From a bacterium (lineage in GTDB: Bacteria > Zhuqueibacterota > Zhuqueibacteria > Oceanimicrobiales > Oceanimicrobiaceae): a DNA stretch of 37,006 nt. The stretch is taken from NCBI GenBank assembly GCA_037446635.1, contig JBBIIG010000003.1, positions 130,735 through 167,740 on the forward strand. The letters run 5' to 3'. The notes beneath the pieces are model-generated. The model searched no databases and was not told the origin of the DNA. It saw only the letters and a program-made list of their open reading frames with translations. Positions 19,801-27,603 of this stretch are shown one piece after another (position 1 is the stretch's first letter; every line of letters starts with the position of its first letter). Made by a program: the position numbers and the translations under genes.

Positions 19801-20243
19801 TCGCCGGTGTTGACGTAACGGTTGTCGGTGGCTTCCAAAAACGTGAACAGCGGCCCCGGCACGTGCAGCGCCACCAACTCCAAATAGCGCTGCGTGAGAT
19901 GGGGATACTGCGCCGGCACCTGCCGCTCCGCGGTGCCGCTGGGCCAGTTCATTTCATCATAAACCCAAACATCGATGCCAATCTCTTTGGCTTTCGCCAC
20001 CACGAACTTCGCGCGCTCGAACCACTGCTCGGAAAGATACGGCACCTTCAATCCAAAGCGGCCGTGGATAAAAATTCCGGGGATGCCTTTGCGGTGATAC
20101 TCGCGCAGCTGCCACTCCATTTCTTTTGCGTCCAACTCGCCGTTCCAAAACCAGAACGGCAGAATGCCCATTTCGCGCGGCGGGGTTTTGAAGTTTTCTT
20201 TGGTAAGGGTTACGCCAGTGAGCAAGTTTTTTGAAAACGGCAT
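16878..20243 (-). CDS. Large cytoplasmic glycoside hydrolase, GH106-related (alpha-L-rhamnosidase-like) with GH2-type sugar-binding C-domains
   Basis: PFWFWNG, YLS.QWF, WVYDE.NWPSG, GFYTDEP, R.DFW, TGHL..EE, SAAHHFG..R.LCES, PPSQFY and YPFFSG. No signal peptide. Confidence 0.75.
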   Translation of the reverse strand: MPFSKNLLTGVTLTKENFKTPPREMGILPFWFWNGELDAKEMEWQLREYHRKGIPGIFIHGRFGLKVPYLSEQWFERAKFVVAKAKEIGIDVWVYDEMNWPSGTAERQVPAQYPHLTQRYLELVALHVPGPLFTFLEATDNRYVNTGDSKPVAAFACTAAEFDTEIKNLIDLTPNLSFNKVIPWEAPAGDWKLLYFLEKEVPYYIDALNPESTKRFLEVTHERYKNAVGADFGTIVPGFYTDEPAMHYYHVGLDNYVVPWSSQMFKIFRERRGYDLRPHLPALYTSIGAKTAQIRYDFWRTLTEQYSETYYKQIRDWCEANGVLFTGHLLFEEWLRLSARCEGNLFKHLRHMHIIGVDHLYPKIGTEAEPDQHVALKIGSSAAHHFGSTRLLCESMGGTYWDCSLERMKWMMNWEYVLGVNLFNNHGYHYSIEGERKRDWPPSQFYHHTWWKYYDQFTSYAARLSHILSGGRHVAKALVLYPINSIWANYVPQKRSAVGNVIESDFNYLTDTLLRLHYDFDYVDEDVLAEAEIVQSKHPPRSQLKRGRVQIKGGRIRIADEDYSILILPPVTHIKKSTLQQIRKFVAAGGNVIADTLLPIEYLESQKDGAVKDVQQLFGASPIKLLDDFQNGARFAVKQKRGKGKVFVVQGKGLHQAKKKAELKRILNLCAPPDVTISREEVFYLHRVKDGRDVYFFVNTGQQDLGRVEITFEQKMRPELWNPNTGEILPIHVFDVKDGRVVIELDFPASESHLVVMKEPLPESFISASNLQIEQFDENGIVGYGNPAQATAFAVVKNGRAVKRLKSPTKKALKPINFGRELDFKLEDDNALCIGKWKMTIENGDGYASGFHLPEFDDSGWLNVTQGAWEMQLPHERAQEIYPVTLWYRTSFLIGDLPPNTRLLIDGFSGSEHLLFVNGQPVNDPGRRSKLDAEIKELNIQPYLQVGRNLVAVKLTAMRRTDGILDLLKIIGDFTLEGGGKSAANAGTESKSLPAADFKIIAAKSRLKIGDWTRQGYPFFSGTASYSAEVEIPEKYLSGKLFLEADCGEDVLEVNVNGHTRVVPWHPYRVDITDMVRAGKNYFTLKVTNTVINILEGVQQASGLFSPPRIVHEHQYKLLAK

Positions 20244-20281
20244 GTTTCAAGTTTCTCCGTTTATTAAGATTTTGATTCTCG

Positions 20282-20378
20282 TCCCCCAAATTTCGCCGTT
20301 TGGAAATTTGGGGGAGGCAGGGAGGGGGTTCTCCCCACCTAACCTCCCCCATTTTGAAAAGCAAAAAATGGGGGAGGA
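20282..20378. repeat. Two back-to-back inverted copies of a CCTCCCCC...GGGGGAGG REP-like element
   Basis: tcccccaaattt...aaatttgggggaggcagggaggggg followed by ccccacctaacctcccccatttt...aaaatgggggagga. Confidence 0.8.
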
Positions 20379-20384
20379 ATATTT

Positions 20385-21368
20385 TCAAAAATTCACAATC
20401 ATACTAAAGCGGTGCGGCGAATCCAAAAAATCATGGCTGACGAAGGCGTAATCAACGCGCAATTTCAAACCTGAGACTTTGGGTTGAAAGCCGGCGCCGA
20501 AAGAGATGTTGCCTTCCTCATGGTTGAAACGGTAGCCGCCGCGCAGCACGATAAAATTGCTGAAAGCATACTCGCCGCCAAGATGCAGCCGTTCTTTGTA
20601 ATCGTTGGTGTGGATGGCATCCATGTTGAAGGCGAAGCGGTGTTTTTCCGGACTGCCGCCGAAAAACAGCTTCTCGCCGCCCAACAGATCGATGGACCAA
20701 CCGATACGGAAAATCAGCGGCAGATCGAACTCCTGCTGCTCCTCCTCTTTGGTGTGCAGCCAACGCGCTTGTTTGCCAAAATTCTGCGCGCTCATGGCGA
20801 GCCGAATGCCGCGCCAGCCAGTGTGATAATACGTTCCAACGTCAAACGCCGCCACACTGCTGGAGAAATTGAACAACTCCTCGCGGACATACTTCACATT
20901 CACACCGATGGCGAGCTTGTCCGTGAACTTGCGTGAAAAAGCCAACCCGAGCGCGAGATCGTTGCCGCCAAAACTTTCGCCGGTGCGGGTGTCCACGCCG
21001 CCGCTGGGACTCGACACCAGGGCTTCATCAATATTGCCGTAATCGAGGGCAACGTAATTGAGCGACACTACGCCCAGCGTTCCAATTTGAAAACCCACGG
21101 CGCCGGCGGTGAAATTCAAATCGCCGAACCAGCGAGTATAATTAAACGCCGCCTCCGCACCGTCAATCTCGGCGATGGCGGCCGGATTCCAAAACACCGA
21201 GTTGATGTCTTCCATATTGGCTACGCCGGCTTCGCCCATGGCCGCCATGCGTGCGCCAATACCGATTTTCAAAAATTGCATGGCGGTGCGCCCGGCTTTG
21301 TTGAAATCCTGGGCGCGCACCTGAACAAAGGTCAAGGCGATCAGCAGTACAAACGTCCATCTTTTCAT
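20385..21368 (-). CDS. PorV/PorQ-family (UPF0164-like) outer-membrane beta-barrel
   Basis: Signal peptide; N-terminal FLKIGIGARMAAMGEA...SVFWNPAAIA; amphipathic beta-strands; RGGYRFN; DYAF..H..L...HRFS; C-terminal Phe. Confidence 0.85.
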   Translation of the reverse strand: MKRWTFVLLIALTFVQVRAQDFNKAGRTAMQFLKIGIGARMAAMGEAGVANMEDINSVFWNPAAIAEIDGAEAAFNYTRWFGDLNFTAGAVGFQIGTLGVVSLNYVALDYGNIDEALVSSPSGGVDTRTGESFGGNDLALGLAFSRKFTDKLAIGVNVKYVREELFNFSSSVAAFDVGTYYHTGWRGIRLAMSAQNFGKQARWLHTKEEEQQEFDLPLIFRIGWSIDLLGGEKLFFGGSPEKHRFAFNMDAIHTNDYKERLHLGGEYAFSNFIVLRGGYRFNHEEGNISFGAGFQPKVSGLKLRVDYAFVSHDFLDSPHRFSMIVNF

Positions 21369-21421
21369 GTTAGCCTCTCAATGAATGGCCTACCCTAAAA
21401 AAGGGGAGGAATTTTATTTCA

Positions 21422-23614
21422 TTAACGAATGATCATCAGCTTGCCGCTGAACTTCGATCCCACCGTGCCTTCGGTTTTCGATTCGACGACGTAAATGTAC
21501 AGACCCGGCGCCCCCAGCAAACCGGAGTCGCTGCGCTGGTCCCAGGCGGCGCTGCCAAACAGGTTGCCAATTTCATCCGGGCCGTGCTCGATGGTTTTGA
21601 TTAAATCGCCGGAAAGACTAAAAATTTTGATGGTGGCGCGCTCCGGCAAATTGCGAAATTCGATCTTTCGCGGCGTTGGTTCGCCGAAGCTGCGCAAGGG
21701 GTCGCCTTCAACATAGGGATTGGGCGCAACAAATACGTCCCAGCCCTGCGCAATTGAAACGGGGCCCGGCCGTGCGCCAATGAGGGGCGTGCGATTTTTA
21801 TCGCTGCTGACCAATTCGCCGAGATTGCTCACCACGCTGCCGTTGGCCGAAGTCCAGGTTCGTGGATCGCGGTTGTATGCCTGCACATAGTAGTAAAATT
21901 CAAACCCGAATTGCAGATCACGATCAAGATAAATATAGACCTGTTCATCTGCGTTCCAGTAGTTGTCAAACTCGGCGCACGGGATGTCTGCCACTAAATC
22001 CCACACGCCGCGCTTGTCGATCCCACGGTAGATGCGGTAGCCGTCGAGGTCGGTCGAGCCGTCGTAAAATATACCGCCGGCACCGTCGGTGATGACGGCT
22101 TCTTCCGCGCGCTTATCCCAACGCACCGAGATGATCGCCGAGTCGGAACTGACGGAGGCGTTAGCGGCATGGCAAGTGGGCGTGGGCGGCGGCTCGGGGA
22201 CATCGGCCGTCAATTGCAGGCCGTTCTCAACCGCACCGAAGCCCCAGGCCACGGCGTTGCGCGCCGCCTCGGCGTTGCGGCGGATGGCAGCAATCGAGCT
22301 GTCCGGGAACCAGTGATTGGGATCGCCTTTCACCACTTCATTCAAACTTAACATGCCAGCCACCTCCGCAAGGATGAGGCGAACGGAGTCGCCGGGCGCG
22401 AGGGTGTACGGGCCGAAAGAAGCGGTGTACCAGCAATACAAATTGCCATTATTGGGCGGCAGCTTATCGTGGCGCGCGAAATCGTAAATTTCCTGCGCGC
22501 TGAACCTTCCCAGACCAAACCCCTCGAAGTCCACGGTCTTGCCATTGAAGCGGTCGCCTTCATCGCTATAAATGTTGAAATAAGTTGGATCGGCATCGAA
22601 GGGATTGGGGCTGGCGCCAGTTGGCGGGGTGCGATATAAGAATACAAAACCAAAACAGGCCGGGTCTTGCAATTCGGGCAGCCATTCGGGCCGCAGGCGC
22701 AACAAATCCTGCCAGTTCTGTTTTAGGCCATATTGATCCCAGGGCACGGGCTCCCGGCCGCCATTGTAGTCGCGGCTGTAGAACAACAGTCCCTTGCCAT
22801 CTGGCCCCTGGTTTTCGACGGCGTAGTAGTCGGTATAGCCGCCGCCGGGATGCCAACCAAAGGCGCCGGCCGGGGCCGCGGAGGAAAGGAAGTCGGAATT
22901 GTAATGGAAGTTAATCATGCCTTTTGTGGAAACCTGCAAGCCGCTGTGAAAAACGATCCAAACTTCGTTGAGGGTTTGCTGGAGTTTTTCGACGCGATTG
23001 ACAGTGGGCAGCGCCATATCGCCGGTGTTCTTAAACACATAGTCAAAAATGATAAAGTCGCTAAAACCCGGAAAACTCCAGGCCATGGAGCGCTGTTTCA
23101 CGGTGATGCCGGTTGCCGTTTCAAAGCTGACGTAGTTCATCTCTTCGGGCAAAAGGGGATGATAGTCTGGCGACTCAATAAAATTCTCGGTGCGCACAAA
23201 CGGCTGAATGCTGGGTAACACGCCGTTATCGCCGGTATGCAAAGAAGCGTGGTAGATGAGAAAATCAGTGGGCTCTGGCGTAAAAGCCGGCGGCACCAGG
23301 GTCAGGGCGTCCTTGGCGATGATCCAGGGGCCACTGCGGAAATTGTGAAAATTGGCATCGGTGATGAAGCCGTTGGCGGTAATTTCATCGCTCGGAAAGG
23401 TGTAGCCGGAGAACCCGGGGTAAAAGCCGATCCCGGTAACCTGCAGATAATCCCACGCGCCGGGGTCACCGATGAATCCCCAATTATACAGCGTTTCCCA
23501 CAACCTGCCGCGGGTATGGGTTGCGGAATTCACCTGCGCTTGCAGCGGAAAAGTGATGCCTAACCACAAGACAAGCGCGGAGGCGGTGGACACTTTGGTG
23601 ATGATCTTTCTCAT
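21422..23614 (-). CDS. Exported protein of unknown function with FN3-like segment and CTD/FlgD-Ig-like C-terminal domain
   Basis: Signal peptide from ATG 23614. VPEPPPTP...W...E...DGYRIYRG...YYYVQAY (FN3-like). Tail VAPNPY...IEFRNLPERATIKIFSLSGDLIKTI...WD...PGLYIYVVE...KLMIIR. Confidence 0.75.
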   Translation of the reverse strand: MRKIITKVSTASALVLWLGITFPLQAQVNSATHTRGRLWETLYNWGFIGDPGAWDYLQVTGIGFYPGFSGYTFPSDEITANGFITDANFHNFRSGPWIIAKDALTLVPPAFTPEPTDFLIYHASLHTGDNGVLPSIQPFVRTENFIESPDYHPLLPEEMNYVSFETATGITVKQRSMAWSFPGFSDFIIFDYVFKNTGDMALPTVNRVEKLQQTLNEVWIVFHSGLQVSTKGMINFHYNSDFLSSAAPAGAFGWHPGGGYTDYYAVENQGPDGKGLLFYSRDYNGGREPVPWDQYGLKQNWQDLLRLRPEWLPELQDPACFGFVFLYRTPPTGASPNPFDADPTYFNIYSDEGDRFNGKTVDFEGFGLGRFSAQEIYDFARHDKLPPNNGNLYCWYTASFGPYTLAPGDSVRLILAEVAGMLSLNEVVKGDPNHWFPDSSIAAIRRNAEAARNAVAWGFGAVENGLQLTADVPEPPPTPTCHAANASVSSDSAIISVRWDKRAEEAVITDGAGGIFYDGSTDLDGYRIYRGIDKRGVWDLVADIPCAEFDNYWNADEQVYIYLDRDLQFGFEFYYYVQAYNRDPRTWTSANGSVVSNLGELVSSDKNRTPLIGARPGPVSIAQGWDVFVAPNPYVEGDPLRSFGEPTPRKIEFRNLPERATIKIFSLSGDLIKTIEHGPDEIGNLFGSAAWDQRSDSGLLGAPGLYIYVVESKTEGTVGSKFSGKLMIIR

Positions 23615-23647
23615 CTTGCACGCTCTCAAGTTAATCGTTTAAGAATT

Positions 23648-26512
23648 TCAAAATCCCAGGGCTAAACCAAACGCCCACACGCGCGGAAGATTACGAAACT
23701 GGATTTGGTCCGGAAACGGCGACCCGTCCGGGTTGCGCTCGGGAAACGCGGTAAAATTGGAGTTGATAAAACGCACCCGGTCTTCCGGCGACGCCGACTT
23801 CACGATGTTCAAATTCACCCACTTGTCGTTGAAGGCATTGCGCACTTCGACAAACAGCGCCGGGCGCAGATTCAGCCAGCGAAATTCTTTGCGCAGGCGA
23901 ATGTCGGCGTTGCGATCGGGCGGTCGTAAAAACTGCCGCCCGGCTTCGGAAAAGACATCGTTGGCGATCTGGCTGTGCGGGTAGTAAATCTGGTAATCCA
24001 TAGACAATTGCATGTTGGAAAGCAATCCGCCCAGCGGCGAGAAATCGCGCGGCGTGGCGATGATCACGCCAAATTTCAGGCGAATGGGATCGTAAAGGAT
24101 GAAGTCGCCGATATCGAAAACCTGCCCTACCTGGACATTGGAGCCTGGCGGGGCAATCACATCTGGATCGCCGGAACGGCCGCTAATGCCGGTGCTCCAG
24201 GAATAATTGAGATAGCCGCCCCAAATGCCGGTGAGGGGTTTGCGCAGCGAAATTTCCACGCCCTTGGCGTCGCCGTAATCGCCGTTGCCGGAGGTCAGGT
24301 AGCGGCCGCCGCTGCGCGTGATGACGGTGACCGTGCGCACGGTGTTGGTGATGTCTTTATAGAATGCCGTCACTTCGGCCACCAGGCCGCCGAAGTTGCG
24401 CTCGATGCCCAACTCGTACGCCACCGTTTTGCGCGGCTTCAATTCACGATTTCCTAAATTGAACGGCGCGGGTTGGCCAAAAGTCGGATTGGTGCGATAG
24501 GTGTTGAGAATGCCAAACACCTCGTAACCCTCGCCGTAATCGCCAAAACTGGCGCGTTGGAAAAAGTGGCCGTAGGAAAAATGCAGCACGGTGTTATCGG
24601 AAATCGGATGCGAAATGCCCAGGCGCGGGGATAGCTGCCCGAAGAGGGAAGTGGGCTTGGTTTCCGGATTCGGTTCCCGCCCTTCAATCGCCGAATCGTA
24701 CAAATCAAAAGGATCAAAAATATCCAAATAGATTTTGTTGTTGGGGTTGTAAAAATCATAACGCAGCCCCAAATTCATAATCAAGCCTTCAAATTCCAGC
24801 TTGTTCTGAAAATAGAGATTTCCTTCGTACGGGTGGTACACCTCGTCCTCGATCACATTGAAGGCTTTGGCCTCCTGTTGGCGATCAAGTATGTAATAGG
24901 TGAAATCACCGCCGGCTTTAATTTGCCAATATTTATTGAGCTGGCTGGTGAGGTCTGCGGAAAAAGTGAGATCGGTGTTTTTATCGCGGCCGCGATAGAA
25001 ATAGCCTGTGGTGTGCAAGCCCACAAAGTTACTGAAGGCTTCCGTGATGGGGTTGCCAAACGCGTCGCGGGCGCGCAGCCGATCCACCTGCGGCACGCCG
25101 GTTTCCCAGCCCGTGGAATCGCCGGGGAATACACCCTGAGAACGGAAGCGGTGCACGCGGGTCATTTGCAGTTCGTAGAAGGTATCTTTGTTAAGCACGT
25201 GCGTGAATTTCAGGGTCTGGCCATCGGTACGATTTTGTGGATAGCCCGGGAAGTCATAATGGGCATATTTGTTTCTAATGCCGTGGCCGGTCACCCAGTC
25301 CACGTCCATGAATTCCATGCCCTGATTGGTGTTGGCCTCGCTAAAGAAACCCGAAGCCAGCAGCTTCATATTTGAGCTGAAATTGTAGGTGAGCTTGGCG
25401 TTGGCGTCGTACCAGCTACCCATGTCGCGAATGCTGTTGCCAGTGATGGGCGGGGCGCTGCGGTACTTGCCAGAAATAAAGAAAAACATGTTCTTGATGG
25501 GAACCACTGGCCCGCCGATCGACATCTCGAGCTGATAGCTGCTGCGGTCGGTGTAATCGGTGAGCGGCTGATGGGTGTCGATGTAGTTCTGATAAGCTTC
25601 TTCCGGAGTCCAGATAGAGTTGGGATCGTTGCCGGGGGTGCCGTTGGGGTCCACCCACTGGTCGGGATTATCGATCCACCACTGCAGATGGCGGGCGTGC
25701 GTGTTTTCCCAGTAGCGCTCGGTGGAGTAGTCGTAAAGCGCGGTGCCCCAATGGCGTTTGCCGGGCGGCGTCCAGCGAAATTCGCTGTAGGCCTCCACGC
25801 GGCGGCTGCCTTCTTTGGTAACGATGTTAAAGATGCCGGATTGCGCTTCACCGTATTCGGCGTTGAAGCCGCCCGTGATCAATTCCAGTTCCTGAATTGC
25901 CGTGAGGTTGATGTTGGTGTAGGGCTCGAAATCGAGGGGATTGCGGGCACGAATGCCGTCGATCAAAAACGCCACTTGATCGAGGGTGCCGCGGCGCACC
26001 ACTAACTCGCCGGAGGAGCTGAGATCGATGCCGGGCAGGGTGGTCAAAATTTGTGTGAGCTGGGTAGTTGGGCGCGCCGCGATTTCCTCCGCCTGCACGA
26101 AATGGCGAGTGGAGGTGTTGTCTTTTTCGATTAGCGGGCGGTCAGCCATCACGGTGACGGTCTCGCCCACCTCCAGAATCGTTTCCTGCAACTGAAACTC
26201 GACGCGCGTGGTGTGGTCGCTGTTCACCACCACGCCAGTTTTGGTGATGGAGGTAAAACCGATCATCGTAACTTGCACCGCGTAGGTTCCGGGCGGAACA
26301 TTGAGGATATAATAGTCGCCCTCAATGTCGGTGGCGGCGCCCAGCGACGTGCCGGCAATGACTACGTTGGCGCCCGGCAGCGGCTCGCCGCGGGCGGCAT
26401 CGGTCACTCGACCGACGATTTTACCGGTGGTGCCAGCCCAAATGGAATGCGCGAAAGCGCCCACCAGCAGTAGTACAAGGTATTTATACAGGCTTGCTTT
26501 GTTAAACCACAT
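23648..26512 (-). CDS. TonB-dependent outer-membrane transporter with N-terminal carboxypeptidase-regulatory-like domain
   Basis: GTTGKIVGRVTD..GEPLPGANV; plug motif AIQELELITGGFNAEYG...SG..NIVTKEG; GLRYDF; SPRLGISHPI; GN.ELKP.KT.AYELG; C-terminal Phe. Confidence 0.93.
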   Translation of the reverse strand: MWFNKASLYKYLVLLLVGAFAHSIWAGTTGKIVGRVTDAARGEPLPGANVVIAGTSLGAATDIEGDYYILNVPPGTYAVQVTMIGFTSITKTGVVVNSDHTTRVEFQLQETILEVGETVTVMADRPLIEKDNTSTRHFVQAEEIAARPTTQLTQILTTLPGIDLSSSGELVVRRGTLDQVAFLIDGIRARNPLDFEPYTNINLTAIQELELITGGFNAEYGEAQSGIFNIVTKEGSRRVEAYSEFRWTPPGKRHWGTALYDYSTERYWENTHARHLQWWIDNPDQWVDPNGTPGNDPNSIWTPEEAYQNYIDTHQPLTDYTDRSSYQLEMSIGGPVVPIKNMFFFISGKYRSAPPITGNSIRDMGSWYDANAKLTYNFSSNMKLLASGFFSEANTNQGMEFMDVDWVTGHGIRNKYAHYDFPGYPQNRTDGQTLKFTHVLNKDTFYELQMTRVHRFRSQGVFPGDSTGWETGVPQVDRLRARDAFGNPITEAFSNFVGLHTTGYFYRGRDKNTDLTFSADLTSQLNKYWQIKAGGDFTYYILDRQQEAKAFNVIEDEVYHPYEGNLYFQNKLEFEGLIMNLGLRYDFYNPNNKIYLDIFDPFDLYDSAIEGREPNPETKPTSLFGQLSPRLGISHPISDNTVLHFSYGHFFQRASFGDYGEGYEVFGILNTYRTNPTFGQPAPFNLGNRELKPRKTVAYELGIERNFGGLVAEVTAFYKDITNTVRTVTVITRSGGRYLTSGNGDYGDAKGVEISLRKPLTGIWGGYLNYSWSTGISGRSGDPDVIAPPGSNVQVGQVFDIGDFILYDPIRLKFGVIIATPRDFSPLGGLLSNMQLSMDYQIYYPHSQIANDVFSEAGRQFLRPPDRNADIRLRKEFRWLNLRPALFVEVRNAFNDKWVNLNIVKSASPEDRVRFINSNFTAFPERNPDGSPFPDQIQFRNLPRVWAFGLALGF

Positions 26513-26551
26513 AATGTTACCCCAAGCTAAGGTTTAGCAACACGCGTAATA

Positions 26552-26584
26552 AACCTTGACAGGGTTGCGAACCCTGTCAGGGTT
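26552..26584. repeat. REP-like double palindrome (AACCCTGWCAGGGTT x2)
   Basis: aaccttgacagggtt-gcg-aaccctgtcagggtt. Confidence 0.85.
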
Positions 26585-26596
26585 GGCGAAAAACGA

Positions 26597-27547
26597 TCAA
26601 AACACCATCACTGATTTGATGAACCCCTTCGGCTTTACCTTCGCCGCCGTGAACGCCTCTTCGATCCTTTCCAAGGGAAAGGTGTGGGTGATGAGCGGCG
26701 CCATGTTCAACTGCCGCGCGTTGAGCAATTGCATGCCGACACGCGCGCCGTTAAGAATCGTTTGCAGGTTGCGAAAATGCGCGTTGATGATATCGAACGC
26801 CATCCAGTTCCAATAGCCGAGATGTTTGATCTGGCGCGGCCCGGGATGATAGCCGAAAATCACCAGCTTGCCTTCCATACGAATAATATCCGCGGCTAAG
26901 TCCAGCGTGGCTTGCACGCCGCCAACTTCAAATGCAACATCGGCGCCGCGGCCCTCAGTCAGGGATTTGATTTTTTCCACGACGTTATCGCGCTTGGGAT
27001 TGAAGACCACATCCGCGCCCAAGCGCTGCGCCAGTTCCAACATTTCATCGCGAACATCGATGGCAATGATCGGGCGGGCGCCGCGCAGTTTGATCTCCTG
27101 CAGCAGGATCAAACCCATGAAACCGGTACCCACCAGCGCCACGGAATCGCCGAGATGAATGTTCGCCTTTTCGACGCCGTTAACGGTGCAAGAGATCGGC
27201 TCGGCCAACGCTTGTTCAAACGGCACATGCTCAGCCATGGGAAACAACTGTGATTCCTTCACCGCCACTTCTTCGGCGTAGCCGGCGCGGTCGGTCCACA
27301 CCGCCACACGATCGCCGGGCTGGAAGCGCGAAACCCGTGAGCCGCACTGCCGCACTTCGCCCGCGACTTCGTGGCCGATGAAGCGCGGATAGTCCAGCCC
27401 CGCTTCTTTCACATCCCATTGGTGGATTTCGGAATGGCAGACGCCGCAAGCGCGGACTTGAATCAAGCATTCGTCGTCGGCCATTTTGGGCGAAGGCCGG
27501 TCTTCGATGCGGAAATCGTGTGGGCCGTGTAAAACTGCGATACGCAT
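26597..27547 (-). CDS. Zinc-binding (MDR superfamily) sugar/polyol dehydrogenase
   Basis: CGVCHSE, IGHE.AG, LAEP.SC and GTGFMG nucleotide-binding motif. The four-Cys structural zinc lobe is absent. Confidence 0.9.
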   Translation of the reverse strand: MRIAVLHGPHDFRIEDRPSPKMADDECLIQVRACGVCHSEIHQWDVKEAGLDYPRFIGHEVAGEVRQCGSRVSRFQPGDRVAVWTDRAGYAEEVAVKESQLFPMAEHVPFEQALAEPISCTVNGVEKANIHLGDSVALVGTGFMGLILLQEIKLRGARPIIAIDVRDEMLELAQRLGADVVFNPKRDNVVEKIKSLTEGRGADVAFEVGGVQATLDLAADIIRMEGKLVIFGYHPGPRQIKHLGYWNWMAFDIINAHFRNLQTILNGARVGMQLLNARQLNMAPLITHTFPLERIEEAFTAAKVKPKGFIKSVMVF

Positions 27548-27562
27548 ATTCTTGTTTATTAA

Positions 27563-27595
27563 AACCCTGTCAGGGTTTGAAACCCTGACAGGGTT
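27563..27595. repeat. REP-like double palindrome (AACCCTGWCAGGGTT x2)
   Basis: aaccctgtcagggtt-tga-aaccctgacagggtt, a perfect inverted repeat. Confidence 0.88.
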
Positions 27596-27603
27596 AGGTT
27601 CAA

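Noticed and set aside
20385..21368. Calling this gene porV and the locus a complete type IX secretion system
   Set aside because: Only family-level similarity is visible and no SprA, PorK/L/M/N or PorU genes are in the window, so orthology is unsupported.
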